This document shows, piece by piece, positions 1-11,094 of a stretch of DNA of 64,000 nucleotides (position 1 is the first letter of the stretch; every line of letters starts with the position of its first letter). Below the pieces are notes generated by a model. It was not told where the DNA came from and did no database searches. It worked only from the letters and a program-made list of their open reading frames with translations. The DNA comes from Chthoniobacterales bacterium (GTDB lineage Bacteria; Verrucomicrobiota; Verrucomicrobiia; Chthoniobacterales; Chthoniobacteraceae). The DNA lies in contig JBBQZX010000001.1 of assembly GCA_038207335.1 (NCBI GenBank), positions 320,001 through 384,000 of the forward strand, given 5' to 3'. The translations under genes and the position numbers were made by a program.

Positions 1-2962
1 CGTGCGCGGAATAGTCGAATGACCGCAGCATCCCCGCCACGTCGATGAGCGGAGAGCGCTTCAGCACCCGTTCGCCGAGCGACCGTCGCGGCTCGCCCTC
101 GAAGTCGATGATCACGAAATCCTTCCCCGTGTTCAGCACCTGCCCGAGGTGATAGTCGCCGTGGACGATCGTCTTCAGCGTCTGGATTTTGCGTGTAAGC
201 AAGCGCCCCTGCCGCGCAAGCAAATCCGCTTCCGCATCGAGCACCGTCTGCCCGACCTCCCGCGCACTTTCCGGCAGCGCCGGCAGCCGCTGGCGGAGCA
301 CGCGGAACGTCTTCCCGATCGACCCGCGCATCGCTTGATACAGCGAGCGCTGCCACAGCGTCGTGAACTCCTCCGGCTCGAAGCCCGTCGTGTCCGCGCC
401 CGCCGCGAGCGCGAGATGCAGCTCGCCCGTGCGCTGGCCGAGTAGCCGCGCGCGCTCGGGGTACACTCCGCCGATCAAGTCCTGCACTTGCTCGGAGTCG
501 GACACGATCTCCGGTGCCTCGCCAGAGGTGCGGCTCGCGGGAGTCGCCGCGGCGAAGACCCGGTCGAAATATCGCGCGCACGAATCCAGCGCGTGCGCCC
601 AGCCGTCGCCTTCGTTTTGGGTAAAGCTCACCATCAGCGCGAGCACTGCGGAGCCGCCGGAATCCTCCAACGCAATCGTCCCGCCGAAGCCAGGCACATT
701 GGGGAATTGCCGCACCTCGCTAAGATACCGCGTCACCTCCGCGTCGGGATTTGGGCCGCGCTCCAGCTTTCGGTAAATCTTCAGCAGCCAGCTCGAGCCG
801 TATACGATCGCCGTGTTTGATTGGTCTGCTTTCAGTACGCGCGAATCCCCCGCAAGCCGTTCCGCTTCCGCTGGATCGAAACCCGCGCCGCGTTTCGCCA
901 CGAGCCGCGAAGCCCCGCTGCCGCTGCTTTCCCGCGCGATCGACTCGAAAAGCGCGCGGCGGAATTCCGTGTCCCACGCGGCATCGTGCAGCACGCGCGC
1001 CCGGTCGCCCGCCAGCACCGCCTGCGGAAATTCCTTGAGCACTTCCGCCGCCGCATCGCCCTCCGAAAATACCAACGGGAGCACATACGTTTCCGGCAGC
1101 CCCTCGACGAAAGCCACCTCCACCACCAGCACCCGCGCCTCGCCGACCGGCACCTCGTTCACGATCTTCACCTCGCGCAGCGCCTTCCCTTTTCCGCCAA
1201 ACCACCGGCACGTCTGCAAGTAGCCTGACAGCAGCTCATCCTCCAGCTCCTCGCGCAGTTCCGCGCCCCACGATTCATTCGCGAGCGTCGGCACTACGCG
1301 CTCCGCGGCCAGCGCCGCGTGCTCACTTTTCGCGCGCAGCATGAACCAGAAAAAGTTGTGCGGCCCAAACGTGAACACCGTCTTGCCCGTGCGGATTTCC
1401 GGGAATTCCCCGCTGCTGAAAAGCTCCACCGGCACACGCCCCACGAACTCCGACAGGTCCAGCTCTGCCACCTGTGCAAACCGAGACAGATTCGCCACCA
1501 CCAGCACCGTCTCGTCCTCGTGCCGCCGCAGATACGCCAGCACCTTCCCGTTGTCGCCGGGCAAAAAGTCGATGGTCCCGTGCCCGAACGCCTTCACATC
1601 TTTCCGCACCCCGATCAGCCGCCGCATCCACCAGAAGAGCGACGTCGGATTCCGCTGCTGATTCTCCACATTCACCGACTCGTATTGATACTCCGGGTCG
1701 AGGATCACCGGCAGGTAGAGCTGCTGCGGATTCGCCGTGGAAAATCCCGCATTTCGGTCCGGGCTCCATTGCATCGGCGTCCGCACGCCGTTACGGTCGC
1801 CGAGGTAAAAATTATCCCCCATCCCGATCTCATCACCGTAGTAGATGATTGGCGTCCCCGGCAGCGAGAAGAGCAGCGAATTGATCAGCTCGATCCGCCG
1901 CCGCGAGTTCCCCAGCAGCGGCGCGAGCCGGCGCCGGATGCCCAGATTGATCCTCGCCCGCGTGTCCGCCGCATAGACGCGATACATGTAGTCGCGCTCC
2001 TCATCCGTCACCATCTCCAGCGTCAGCTCGTCGTGGTTGCGCAAAAAGGTCGCCCATTGGCAATTCGCCGGGATCGCCGGCGTCTGCTCCAGGATGTCGA
2101 TGATCGGGTAGCGGTCCTCCATTTGCAGCGACATGAAAAGGCGCGGCATCAGCGGAAAGTGGAAATTCATCTGGCACTCATCTCCGTCGCCGAAATACGC
2201 CGCCGCGTCCTCCGGCCACTGATTCGCCTCGGCCAGCAGCATCCGGGAGCCGCCAAATTTCTCGTCGATGTGCGCCCGCATCTTTTTGAGAAAAGCGTGC
2301 GTCTCGGGGAGATTCTCACAGTTCGTCTGCTCCCGCTCATACAGGTAGGGCACCGCGTCGAGCCGGATGCCATCCACGCCCATCTCCAGCCAGAAATCGG
2401 TGACCTTGAAGAGCGCCTCATGCACCGCCGGGTTGTCGAAGTTCAAATCCGGCTGGTGCGAGTAGAAGCGGTGCCAGAAATACGACTTCGCCACGTTGTC
2501 GTAGGTCCAGTTCGAGGTCTCGAAATCCTTGAAGATGATGCGCGCTTCCCGGTATTTCGACGGGTCGTCGCTCCAGACGTAAAAGTCGCGCTCCGGCGAG
2601 CCGACGGGCGCTTTCCGGGCGCGCTGAAACCACGGGTTGAGGTCGGAGGTGTGGTTTAGCACGAGTTCCGTGATGACCCGGATGCCGCGCTTGTGCGCCT
2701 CGGCGAGGAATGCGCGGAAATCCTCGAGCACTCCGTAGCTCGGATGGACGTTGTAGTAATCCGCGATGTCGTATCCGTCGTCGCGCAGCGGCGAGGGGTA
2801 AAATGGGAGCAGCCAGATGGCCGTGATCCCCAAGTCCTCGAAGTATCCCAGCCGGCTGATGAGCCCCCGGAAGTCCCCGATCCCGTCCCCATTGCTGTCG
2901 GCGAATGCCTTGATGTGCAGCTCGTAGATGACTGCGTCTTTAAACCAGAGAGGATCGTTCAT
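1..2962 (-). CDS. treS: Trehalose synthase/alpha-amylase (TreS) fused to maltokinase (Pep2/Mak); 3' end runs off the window
   Basis: Translated by hand; absent from the ORF track because there is no stop in the window. N-terminus [31 protein letters not shown]...[20 protein letters not shown] (GH13 TreS). Near the window edge [10 protein letters not shown]...IIDFEGEP...[11 protein letters not shown] (maltokinase/APH motifs). Confidence 0.95.
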   Translation of the reverse strand, partial: MNDPLWFKDAVIYELHIKAFADSNGDGIGDFRGLISRLGYFEDLGITAIWLLPFYPSPLRDDGYDIADYYNVHPSYGVLEDFRAFLAEAHKRGIRVITELVLNHTSDLNPWFQRARKAPVGSPERDFYVWSDDPSKYREARIIFKDFETSNWTYDNVAKSYFWHRFYSHQPDLNFDNPAVHEALFKVTDFWLEMGVDGIRLDAVPYLYEREQTNCENLPETHAFLKKMRAHIDEKFGGSRMLLAEANQWPEDAAAYFGDGDECQMNFHFPLMPRLFMSLQMEDRYPIIDILEQTPAIPANCQWATFLRNHDELTLEMVTDEERDYMYRVYAADTRARINLGIRRRLAPLLGNSRRRIELINSLLFSLPGTPIIYYGDEIGMGDNFYLGDRNGVRTPMQWSPDRNAGFSTANPQQLYLPVILDPEYQYESVNVENQQRNPTSLFWWMRRLIGVRKDVKAFGHGTIDFLPGDNGKVLAYLRRHEDETVLVVANLSRFAQVAELDLSEFVGRVPVELFSSGEFPEIRTGKTVFTFGPHNFFWFMLRAKSEHAALAAERVVPTLANESWGAELREELEDELLSGYLQTCRWFGGKGKALREVKIVNEVPVGEARVLVVEVAFVEGLPETYVLPLVFSEGDAAAEVLKEFPQAVLAGDRARVLHDAAWDTEFRRALFESIARESSGSGASRLVAKRGAGFDPAEAERLAGDSRVLKADQSNTAIVYGSSWLLKIYRKLERGPNPDAEVTRYLSEVRQFPNVPGFGGTIALEDSGGSAVLALMVSFTQNEGDGWAHALDSCARYFDRVFAAATPASRTSGEAPEIVSDSEQVQDLIGGVYPERARLLGQRTGELHLALAAGADTTGFEPEEFTTLWQRSLYQAMRGSIGKTFRVLRQRLPALPESAREVGQTVLDAEADLLARQGRLLTRKIQTLKTIVHGDYHLGQVLNTGKDFVIIDFEGEPRRSLGERVLKRSPLIDVAGMLRSFDYSAH

Positions 2963-3146
2963 TGTGTTGAAAACGTGACGGCCCGCTCCCTCGCGCGTGT
3001 GCGGGGGTCGGGAGATTTCCCGACCACCCTCTCAGCCTGCCTCCTGACTGTCGCGTACCGATTTGATGGGGAAGGTTAACATCGTGCGGCACGCGTTCCC
3101 ACGGGGACCTGCAGTCGCGCCAGAAGCCAGAACGAAAGAATCCGGA

Positions 3147-3443
3147 ATGCACGTCACCCCCTCGAATGAAAGCCACCGTCTCAGACTCCTAAATCTAGGC
3201 GACCCGCACTCGCCGTGGGGCTCGTGCGGGGAAAAGCGCCACTGCATCCTCTGTGAGAAGACCTTTCGCGGCAGCGCGATCCTGCTGGAGATGCCGGGCA
3301 CGGGGCCCATCCGCCTGCGCTGCCCCAGCGCCGACTGCGCCGGCACGCCTGACACTTGGGTCCGCTGCGGCAATCCGCTCCTAGATGGCGAAGCGGGTAG
3401 GGACTGGGACCGGATCCTCGAGACGGCGGAGGTGGGCCCTTAG
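3147..3443 (+). CDS. Small hypothetical protein with putative zinc-ribbon cysteine pairs
   Basis: ORF track 3063..3443; ATG at 3147 preferred. Contains CILC...CPSADC pairs. Confidence 0.6.
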   Translation: MHVTPSNESHRLRLLNLGDPHSPWGSCGEKRHCILCEKTFRGSAILLEMPGTGPIRLRCPSADCAGTPDTWVRCGNPLLDGEAGRDWDRILETAEVGP

Positions 3444-3779
3444 GTGGAGTGCTTGAGGCAGGCATGAGCGGTCAGTCCGCTCGTCGCCGGTGGCACCATT
3501 GCGTGGGTAGGGGTGGGACTGGTGGGCAACGGGTGCGGCGTTGGTGGAGAGGGGGGCGGATATGGGAGCGGTTTTATTTGCGCAGTGGAAGCTTTCAGAG
3601 GAGAGGTGGTTCCGGAGGCAAAGTGTGGGCGTGTTTTTCTCCAAAAACGCGTCTGCGGGAGCCTCAGGTGCGGGCGCGGGAATGACAGCTGAGCACGCAG
3701 CAGCCGCGGAATCGGGCGCAGCTATGACGGTTGAGGAGTCCCGTGGAGGATGCGATTTCGCTGGAAGGCGGGGGGCCGT

Positions 3780-5336
3780 TCAGGCGATGAGGTGGCGCTG
3801 CTGGCGGGCGGGGGCGCTTTTGGGGGCGGGGGAGGCGGGGGTGAGAGCGGGGGGCTGGGTGAAGGGGAGGCGTTCGCGGTTGGGGGTGCGGTGCCAGTCG
3901 CGGGTGAGGGCTTCGGAGACGAGGTCGGGGGGGAGGTGGCGCTGGGTGGTGAGGTAGGTGTGGAGGGATTCGGCGAGGGTGGCGAGGGGGACGGAGTGGA
4001 GGCGACCGAGGCGGGCGGCGAGCCAGTCGGTGAAGGCGAGGATTGCGGTGAAGGGCGTGGGATTTTCGACTGCAGGCGGGGCGTCGGAGGACGTGGGCGT
4101 GTGGTTTGCAACCCAGAGGAGGGGCAATGTGGCGGGGAAGTGGCCGCTGTTGCCAATGAGGTCCCAGCAGCGGGCGAAGCGGCGGAGGCGCTGCATGGTG
4201 GGGAAGTCGATGAGGCGGTTTTGGAGGATTTCGTAGGGGGGCTGGGGGGCGTAGGTCATGGCCCACTCGGTGTCATGGCGGATGATGGGGGTGCCGCGGA
4301 GGCGTTTGAGGATGCCGACTTGGATTTCCTGGGGGCCGAGGGCCAGGAGGCGGTCGAAGCCGCGGCCGAAGGTGGGGAGGTCCTCCCCGGGGAGGCCGGC
4401 GATGAGGTCGGCGTGGATGTGGACGCCGGTGCGCTGGCGGAGGTAACGGAGGTTGTCTTCGAGGCGGGGGATGTTTTGGCGGCGGCTGATGTTTTTGGCG
4501 GTGGCGTCGTCGAAGGTCTGGATGCCGACCTCGAACTGGAGGGCGCCGGGGGGGAAGCGGGCGATGATTTCGCGGAGGGGCTCGGGGAGGCGGTCGGGGA
4601 CCATCTCGAAGTGGATGAAGAGGCCGGGACGCCAGCGGGCGAGGAAGAAGTCGAGGATGGCGCGGCTGCTGGTGAGGTTGAGGTTGAAGGTGCGATCAAC
4701 GAATTTGAACTGGGTGGCGCCGCGGTCGAGGAGGCGCTGGAGGGCATCGAGGAAGAGGGGGAGTGGGACGGCGCGGACGGGAACGTCGAGGGAGGAGAGG
4801 CAGAATTCGCAGGTGAAAGGGCAGCCGCGGGAGGCTTCGACGTAGAGGACGCGGTGGGAGAGGTCGGAGTCGGTGTAGAGGTCGTACGGGAGGGCGAGGG
4901 TGTCGAGGGCGGGGAGGTCGGCGGGGAGGATTTTGGGGAGGGTGTGGCCGGCGAGGAGCTGGGCGCAGACTTGGGAAAATTTGGTGTCGGCTTCGCCGGT
5001 GATGGTGTGGTCGGCGAGCTGGATGATGGGCTGGCCGAGGGTTTCGTGGCTGACTTCGGGGCCTCCGAGGATGATGAGGGTTTGGGGGCTGAGTCGTTTG
5101 ATTAAGGCGACGACTTCGGTGCTGAGGGCGACGTTCCAGATGTAGATGCCGAGGCCGATGATGCGGGGCTGGTGGGCGAGGATGGCTTCGACGATTTCGA
5201 GCGGGCGCTGGTTGATGTCGAACTCGAGGATGGCGGTGCGCGGCTGGAGGTCGCCCATATTGGCGAGCAGGTAGCGCAGGCCGAAGGCGGCGTGGATGTA
5301 GCGGGCGTTGAGGGTGACGAGGAGGATGTCGGGCAT
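3780..5336 (-). CDS. Cobalamin-binding-domain radical SAM protein (DUF4080-type C-terminus)
   Basis: N-terminal B12-binding-like Rossmann domain (GLGIYIWN...ILGGPEVS), CxxxCxxC motif RGCPFTCEFC, FVDRTFN, DLIAGLPGE. Confidence 0.9.
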   Translation of the reverse strand: MPDILLVTLNARYIHAAFGLRYLLANMGDLQPRTAILEFDINQRPLEIVEAILAHQPRIIGLGIYIWNVALSTEVVALIKRLSPQTLIILGGPEVSHETLGQPIIQLADHTITGEADTKFSQVCAQLLAGHTLPKILPADLPALDTLALPYDLYTDSDLSHRVLYVEASRGCPFTCEFCLSSLDVPVRAVPLPLFLDALQRLLDRGATQFKFVDRTFNLNLTSSRAILDFFLARWRPGLFIHFEMVPDRLPEPLREIIARFPPGALQFEVGIQTFDDATAKNISRRQNIPRLEDNLRYLRQRTGVHIHADLIAGLPGEDLPTFGRGFDRLLALGPQEIQVGILKRLRGTPIIRHDTEWAMTYAPQPPYEILQNRLIDFPTMQRLRRFARCWDLIGNSGHFPATLPLLWVANHTPTSSDAPPAVENPTPFTAILAFTDWLAARLGRLHSVPLATLAESLHTYLTTQRHLPPDLVSEALTRDWHRTPNRERLPFTQPPALTPASPAPKSAPARQQRHLIA

Positions 5337-5342
5337 CGGGCT

Positions 5343-5762
5343 CTAGGGTGCGAAGTCTTTGGCGAGGACGAGTTCGGTGCCTTCTTTTTTGAGGTTGTAG
5401 TCCACGCAGTCGAAGGCTTTGCGGATGAGGTGGATGCCGAGGCCGCCGGGCTGGACGAGGTCGAGGGGCCGGCCGTTGAGCGCACTGGGATCGACCTGCG
5501 CGCCGAAGTCGCGGAGGCGGAAGATGACGCCCTTTTTACCCTGCTCGCAGATGAGGCTGATGAGCTGGTCGGGCTCGTGGTGGTAGGCGTAGCGGATGAC
5601 GTTGGTGCAGGCTTCGTCGAGCCCGAGGATGATGAGGTCGCGCTGGACGGGGGTGAAGGGGAGGGGGGCGAGGAATTCGCGGACGAAGCCGCGGACGAGG
5701 GCGAGATTGCCGGGATGGCTGGCGAATTCGATTTCGCGGCGGAGGCCGATGGCGCGTTTCAT
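5343..5762 (-). CDS. Anti-sigma factor / Ser kinase, RsbW-like HATPase
   Basis: True start MKRAIGL at 5762 overlaps the upstream stop (ATGA). N-box LDEACTNVIRYAY, G1 RDFG, G2 GGLGIHLI. Confidence 0.9.
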   Translation of the reverse strand: MKRAIGLRREIEFASHPGNLALVRGFVREFLAPLPFTPVQRDLIILGLDEACTNVIRYAYHHEPDQLISLICEQGKKGVIFRLRDFGAQVDPSALNGRPLDLVQPGGLGIHLIRKAFDCVDYNLKKEGTELVLAKDFAP

Positions 5763-7039
5763 TTGAACCCGAAGGCGAGGATGGTGAGATCGTCGTGGCG
5801 CGGTGCGCTGCGGCGGTGCTGAGCCTCGCCGAGCAGGAGGGCGTCGGTGAGGTCGGAGGCGTGTGAGAATTCGCGCGAGAGTAGGCGGGCGACGCCGGCG
5901 GGGTCGAGGAGTTCGTCGGCTTCGTTGAAGGATTCGACGAGGCCGTCGGTGAAGAGGACGAGCCATTCGTCGCGCTCGAGGGTGAGCGTATGGGAGCGGC
6001 CGGGGAGTTCGGGGAGGAGGCCGAGAGGCGGCGAGCCGGTGACCGGGATCTGGCGGGCGCCGCTTTTTACTCCCGTGAGAAATGGGTGGCAGTGCCCGGC
6101 GCTGCAGATCTCGACATGGCGCGTGGAGCAGACGACGCGGCCGATGAGGGCGGTGATGAACATGCCGCGGATGGTGTGGCCGGTGAGCATGGAATTCCAG
6201 CGGGCCATGGCGGCGACGGGGGAGATGCCGGGGCGCAAGACAAGGCGGAGAATGCTGAGGGCCTGGGCCATGAGGAGGGCGGCGGGCATTCCTTTGCCGG
6301 AGACGTCGCCGATGACGAAGTAGATTTCGTCGGGACCGAGTTCGATGACGTCGTAGAAATCGCCGCCGACGTTGCGGGCGGGCTGATAGACGGCGGAGAA
6401 TTCGGCGCAGGCGATGTGCGGGAGGGTCTGGGGGAGGAAGCTGGCCTGGATTTCGTGGGCGAATGCGAACTCTTGGGCGAGGCGCTCCTGGCTGCGCTGG
6501 CGCTCGGTCGTGCGGAGCTTATCAATGGCCGTGGCGGCGAGGGTGCCGTATGCGGTGAAGGCTTCGAGGTCGGCCTCGTCGAAGGTGTCGCGTCCGATGG
6601 GATTGAGAATCTGCAGGGCGCCGATGTCGGAGTCGCCACTGAGGAGCGGGGCGCAGAGGACGGCGCGCGTGCGGAAGCCGGTCTGCTTGTCCACTTCGCG
6701 ATAGAAGCGGTCGTCAGCGTAGGCGTCAGGGATGAGGAGGGGCTTTCGGTGCTCCATGACCCAGCCGGAGATGCCGCGACCGCGCGGGATGATGATTTTC
6801 GCGATGCTGCCGTCGGCGACCGCAATGCTGCCGCCGCTGGTGCTGACGAGCTCGAGGCTGCCGTCCAGCTGGGCTAGGAAAAGCGAAGCGGCCTCGACGC
6901 GCATGACGCGGCGGGCGACCTCGAGGATGGCGGAGAGGAGCGCGGAGGAATCAGTGATGCCGTTGATGAGCGCGCTGACTTCGACGAGGCCTTTGTAGAT
7001 CTCGAGCAGGCGCTCCAGGCGGGCGATTTCGGCGGTCAT
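5759..7039 (-). CDS. GAF-domain PP2C/SpoIIE phosphatase, RsbU-like
   Basis: GAF domain (GRGISGWV...DAYADDRF...VDKQTGFRTRAVLCAPL), then VGGDFYD, GDVSGKG, FTDGLVE, HDDLT. Confidence 0.93.
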   Translation of the reverse strand: MTAEIARLERLLEIYKGLVEVSALINGITDSSALLSAILEVARRVMRVEAASLFLAQLDGSLELVSTSGGSIAVADGSIAKIIIPRGRGISGWVMEHRKPLLIPDAYADDRFYREVDKQTGFRTRAVLCAPLLSGDSDIGALQILNPIGRDTFDEADLEAFTAYGTLAATAIDKLRTTERQRSQERLAQEFAFAHEIQASFLPQTLPHIACAEFSAVYQPARNVGGDFYDVIELGPDEIYFVIGDVSGKGMPAALLMAQALSILRLVLRPGISPVAAMARWNSMLTGHTIRGMFITALIGRVVCSTRHVEICSAGHCHPFLTGVKSGARQIPVTGSPPLGLLPELPGRSHTLTLERDEWLVLFTDGLVESFNEADELLDPAGVARLLSREFSHASDLTDALLLGEAQHRRSAPRHDDLTILAFGFK

Positions 7040-7148
7040 CGGGAGTGGATTGTAGGCAAGATGGCGGCGTGCGGAAGGAGTGAATGCGAGAGCAGTTCGT
7101 CTGAATATCGCTGGAACTCCGCGCGTCAGAGCGGCATCATTTTAGCCC

Positions 7149-7949
7149 ATGAAAGTCGCACTACTCGCCGCCGCACTCATCCTCTCCCCGCTCGTTGGTC
7201 GAGCTGCCGAGACTGCCTACACGGCGCTGCGAGTGGTGGGAAAAGGGCGCGGCGCGGATTCGCTGAATCGCGTGGTGGAGATGCGCGCGCGGGGCGGAAC
7301 ACCGGCGCCGGCCGTGTGGAGAATCGTGCTGTCCGATGCGGGCTCGCGCGGCGGGGTCCGGGAGCTGGAGGTGCAGGGCGGGCGGGTGATTTCTGAGAAG
7401 ACGCCGGTGGGGCGGCCGCTCGGTGCGCCGATGAATTTCGGCGCGTTGAATCTGGATTCGGAGGGGGCATTCACGGTCGCGAACGATGAGGCGAAGAAGG
7501 CGGGTGTGGCTTTTGAGCGGGTCGATTATTTGCTGAAGAGCGGGAGCGGCAGCGGCGCGCCGGTGTGGGAACTGCAACTGCAAACTGCCGCCGGTGGACG
7601 CGCGGCGACGATCCAGATCGCGGCGGATAGCGGTGCGATTTTGCACGAAGACGGGCTCGCGGTGCGCGGCGGGAAGACGTATCCGAAGATTGAGCAACGA
7701 CCGCCCGTGACCGAACGGGACTACGTCGCCCCGCCGCCGGCGCAGCGCGAATATGTCGGGCACGAGCCGGTGGATCGGCGAGCCGAGGATCGCGAGTATC
7801 TCGACCGGCGGGAAGATTATCGGGATCAAGAGGATTACGAGCGGCCGCACGAGCACATCCACGATGTGCCGAGTTTGTTCCGGCGCGCGCAAAACCATTT
7901 CGAGCGGCGCGGCGTGCAGATTCGCAATTTCTTCCTTGGCGACGAATAG
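7149..7949 (+). CDS. Secreted hypothetical protein, PepSY-like, with a charged low-complexity tail
   Basis: Signal peptide MKVALLAAALILSPLVGRA; LDSEGAFTVA...PVWELQL...IQIAADSGAIL resembles PepSY. Confidence 0.6.
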   Translation: MKVALLAAALILSPLVGRAAETAYTALRVVGKGRGADSLNRVVEMRARGGTPAPAVWRIVLSDAGSRGGVRELEVQGGRVISEKTPVGRPLGAPMNFGALNLDSEGAFTVANDEAKKAGVAFERVDYLLKSGSGSGAPVWELQLQTAAGGRAATIQIAADSGAILHEDGLAVRGGKTYPKIEQRPPVTERDYVAPPPAQREYVGHEPVDRRAEDREYLDRREDYRDQEDYERPHEHIHDVPSLFRRAQNHFERRGVQIRNFFLGDE

Positions 7950-7997
7950 CCTTCGCGCGTGCTCGCCGTCTGCCGCGATGCGTGGCAGGATGGGCGC

Positions 7998-8462
7998 ATG
8001 TTTGAATTGATCGTCTCGCTCGCGGCAGTCGGTGTGCTGCTCGTGTTTGTGGAATTGTTCGTACCGGGTGCGATCGCGGGCATCGCGGGCGCGCTGGCGC
8101 TGCTCGTCTCGGTGGCGCTGACCTACAACGAATACGGGGTCGATCGCGGCAACATCATGCTCGTATGCGTCATCGTCTTCGGTGCGGCTCTGCTCATCTG
8201 GTGGATGCGCAGCTTTTCAAACAGCGCACTCGGCCGCAAATGGACGCTCCATTCCGAAGTGCCAAACGATCCCGCGCAGTCCGCATTCTTCGCGCTCGCC
8301 GACCGCACCGGCACCGCGCTTACTGAGCTGCGCCCCGCCGGCACCGCGATGATCGGAGGTGCTCGCATCGACGTGATCGCGGAAAGCGAAATGATCGAGC
8401 GCGGCGCCGCGATCCGAGTCGTGCGAGTGGAGGGGAAAAAAGTAGTCGTCCGGCGGGGCTAA
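7998..8462 (+). CDS. NfeD-family membrane protein (short form)
   Basis: [12 protein letters not shown] region; C-terminal OB fold [32 protein letters not shown]...VVRVEG; lies upstream of floA. Confidence 0.88.
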   Translation: MFELIVSLAAVGVLLVFVELFVPGAIAGIAGALALLVSVALTYNEYGVDRGNIMLVCVIVFGAALLIWWMRSFSNSALGRKWTLHSEVPNDPAQSAFFALADRTGTALTELRPAGTAMIGGARIDVIAESEMIERGAAIRVVRVEGKKVVVRRG

Positions 8463-8520
8463 TTTTCAGACACCGCTTTCGCTCGCCGTGCCGAATCGAC
8501 CGGCTACAATCCGCGCACCT

Positions 8521-9528
8521 ATGGGCAATGCACTCCTCGTTCTCGTTCTCGTTGTCGGCCTCGTGCTGGCGATCATCATTTTCAATTTCTTCGGCCTCTG
8601 GCTGCGCGCGCGCATCTCTGGCGCGCCTGTCGGTATGGGCACGCTCATCGCGATGAAACTCCGCGGCGTCCCCGTCGCACTCATCGTCGATTCGCGCATC
8701 ACCGCGGTGAAAGCCGGCCTGCCCGTCGATACGAACGGCCTCGAAGCGCACTACCTCGCCGGCGGAAATGTGAACCAGGTCATCCTCGCGCTCATCGCTG
8801 CTGAGAAGTCTGGCATTGCACTCTCCTTCGACCACGCGCGCGGAATCGACCTCGCGACGAAAGGCACCGGAAAGACCGTGCTCGACGCCGTCAAGACGAG
8901 CATCAACCCGCGCGTCATCGACTGCCCGAATCCCGCCTCCGGTCGCGCGACCATCGACGGCGTGGCGAAAGATGGCATCGGCGTGAAAGCCAAAGCGCGC
9001 GTGACCGTGCGCACGAACCTTGCGCAATTTGTCGGTGGCGCGACTGAGGAAACCATCGTCGCGCGAGTCGGCGAGGGCATCGTCAGCGCGATCGGCTCTG
9101 CGGATTCCTACAAGCTTGTGCTCGAAAATCCCGACCGCATTTCCAAAGCCGTGCTGGCAAAAGGCCTCGATAGCGGCAGCGCGTTCGAGATCCTTTCCAT
9201 CGACATCGCGGACGTCGATATCGGTGAAAACATCGGCGCGAAATTGCAGGCCGAGCAGGCCGATGCCGACAAGCGCGTCGCGCAAGCGAAGGCCGAAGTG
9301 CGCCGCGCGGCAGCCGTCGCCGTCGAGCAGGAGATGCGCGCGCGGACGCAGGAGATGCGGGCGAAAGTCGTCGAGGCCGAGGCGCAGGTGCCGCAGGCGA
9401 TGGCCGATGCGTTCCGCTCCGGCAATCTCGGCATCATGGACTACGTGAAGATGAAAAACGTGCAGGCGGACACCGACATGCGTGCGTCGATCGCCGGCAA
9501 TGACCGCCCGCGCGAAGACGCAAAATGA
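8521..9528 (+). CDS. floA: Flotillin-like protein FloA (YqfA/UPF0365)
   Basis: [60 protein letters not shown]. Confidence 0.95.
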   Translation: MGNALLVLVLVVGLVLAIIIFNFFGLWLRARISGAPVGMGTLIAMKLRGVPVALIVDSRITAVKAGLPVDTNGLEAHYLAGGNVNQVILALIAAEKSGIALSFDHARGIDLATKGTGKTVLDAVKTSINPRVIDCPNPASGRATIDGVAKDGIGVKAKARVTVRTNLAQFVGGATEETIVARVGEGIVSAIGSADSYKLVLENPDRISKAVLAKGLDSGSAFEILSIDIADVDIGENIGAKLQAEQADADKRVAQAKAEVRRAAAVAVEQEMRARTQEMRAKVVEAEAQVPQAMADAFRSGNLGIMDYVKMKNVQADTDMRASIAGNDRPREDAK

Positions 9529-10193
9529 CGGTGCTCGCATCCATCGACGGTTCGCTCTTTTTCGTCATGATCGCCGCCGTCATCGGCGTGATCAATTGGC
9601 TCACGAAAAAGAACGAATCGTCCGGCACGAAGCCGACGCCAAAAGGCTCCGGTGCCAGCCCGAGTCTGCCTCGCGGTGGGACCGGCGAGGAGGAGCGGAT
9701 GCGGAAATTCCTCGAGGCGCTCGGCGTTCCCGCGGATCAAGGCCCGCCGCCGATCCAGCCGCGTCCGACCATCGCGCGAAATCAACCTCTGCCGAAAATC
9801 CAATCGCGCAGCCCAGTCGTCGCACAGCCGATTTACCCCTCTTACACGAAGCAGCGCAAACCGCCCGTCCTCCCGCCCAAGCGCCGCGTCGTCTTCGCGG
9901 AAAAGCCTCCTGAGCCGCAATTCGCCGTGCCGATTCCGCCGCTGGAGACGCCGCCGGTTTCCGAGTTCGAGACGACCTCCTCTCACGTCTCTGCAATCCC
10001 CCTCGAGGCTCCCGCCACCGAAGTCTGGGACGCCTTTCGCCAAGCCCCTGAGCTGCCCTCCATGCAGCTTGGCAACAGCATCCGCGACCTTCTGCGCACT
10101 CCGCGCAGCCTGCGGGACATCGTGCTGCTGCGCGAAATTCTCGGTCCACCGAGAGGCTTGCCAAACGCCTCCGCGCTCCCTACTTTAATCTGA
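9525..10193 (+). CDS. Membrane-anchored proline-rich hypothetical protein (position and C-terminus YqfB-like)
   Basis: ATGA overlap with floA; N-terminal TM helix; C-terminal [16 protein letters not shown] motif. Confidence 0.75.
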   Translation: MTVLASIDGSLFFVMIAAVIGVINWLTKKNESSGTKPTPKGSGASPSLPRGGTGEEERMRKFLEALGVPADQGPPPIQPRPTIARNQPLPKIQSRSPVVAQPIYPSYTKQRKPPVLPPKRRVVFAEKPPEPQFAVPIPPLETPPVSEFETTSSHVSAIPLEAPATEVWDAFRQAPELPSMQLGNSIRDLLRTPRSLRDIVLLREILGPPRGLPNASALPTLI

Positions 10194-10204
10194 TTCGCAG
10201 CTAA

Positions 10205-10288
10205 GCCGGTGTGGCGGAATTGGCAGACGCGCCAGACTCAAAATCTGGTATCCGCAAGGGTGTGTGGGTTCGATCCCCTCCGCCGGCA
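10205..10288 (+). tRNA. tRNA-Leu (anticodon CAA); CCA not encoded
   Basis: Acceptor stem GCCGGTG/CGCCGGC, D arm GGCGGAATTGGCAGACGC, anticodon arm CCAGA-CTCAAAA-TCTGG, long variable arm, T loop TTCGATC. Confidence 0.95.
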
Positions 10289-10376
10289 CTTTCAAGATTC
10301 GCGTTGCAATCACTGCGTTGGGCGTATCCGCAGCGGGCTTCGAGGATCGTAAGCCAAGCGGCTGCGACTATGCCAT

Positions 10377-10946
10377 TTATTGAAACCAGCTAGAAATGCC
10401 TGAGCTTTTCGATTTCGCCGGTTGGGTCGGCGTGTGATCGTGAGGCGGTGCTGCCACGGTTTTCCCGGCGGGAATAACGAGTGCGGTGCCGACGGCGAGT
10501 TTCCGGTCGTCGATAATGTGATTGGCGCGCCGGAGTTCGGCTACACTCACTCCAGTTTGTACGGCGATGGAGCTGAGCGTTTCGCCTTTTGCGACCACAT
10601 GAGAGCGGTTGTGCGATGCCGGGGCGGGCAGCGGGTGCGGCGTTGATCTCGGCGCAGGGGGGCGGGCCGACGAGGCCGTGGGGCGGGGACCGTCGGTCTT
10701 CACGGGGCCGAGGCGCTTGGCGTTGAGATATGGGCGCAGCGTGGGATCGATCTCGAGAATTTTCGCATCCAACCGTGCATCGGCACGCTCGTAGGCATCT
10801 CTTACTTTCGGATCGCGCAGGGCGATTTTTTTTACCTGCTCGTATTCGAGTGCGGGGTTGTTTCCGGCAGGAGATGGCGCGGCATGTAGCGCGGCGGGAG
10901 CGGCAAGCGCGACGATGAGGAGGATGAAACGGAGGCGTTGGAGCAT
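10377..10946 (-). CDS. Secreted LysM peptidoglycan-binding protein
   Basis: Start MLQRLRFILLIVALAAPAALHA (signal peptide); LysM HVVAKGETLSSIA...VAELRRANHI...LAVGTALVIP. Confidence 0.88.
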   Translation of the reverse strand: MLQRLRFILLIVALAAPAALHAAPSPAGNNPALEYEQVKKIALRDPKVRDAYERADARLDAKILEIDPTLRPYLNAKRLGPVKTDGPRPTASSARPPAPRSTPHPLPAPASHNRSHVVAKGETLSSIAVQTGVSVAELRRANHIIDDRKLAVGTALVIPAGKTVAAPPHDHTPTQPAKSKSSGISSWFQ

Positions 10947-11094
10947 AGTAAATCGAAGTATCGGACGACGCGCAAACCGACAAGCCGCGGCTTCGGTCGA
11001 GTGGTGTATTTTTAACTGCGCGCTACAGGCTGCGAGCGGCTCATCGCGACAGTGACAGCGGGGTGCGTGCACTTCCACCAAAGGCCGCGCGGTA

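Noticed and set aside
3530..3543. 14-bp inverted match to 23789-23802 (CAACGCCGCACCCG)
   Set aside because: Matches this short are expected by chance in 64 kb of GC-rich DNA, and the flanks do not extend.
1319..5105. Long + strand ORFs 1319..2659 and 3750..5105
   Set aside because: Antisense shadows of treS and the radical SAM gene, caused by high-GC codon bias; no motifs.
10260..10376. tRNA-Leu as the attachment site of an integrated element
   Set aside because: No integrase nearby, and I saw no duplicate of the tRNA 3' end in the window.
10211..10393. 60-aa ORF MAELADAPDSKSG...
   Set aside because: It is a translation of the tRNA-Leu gene.
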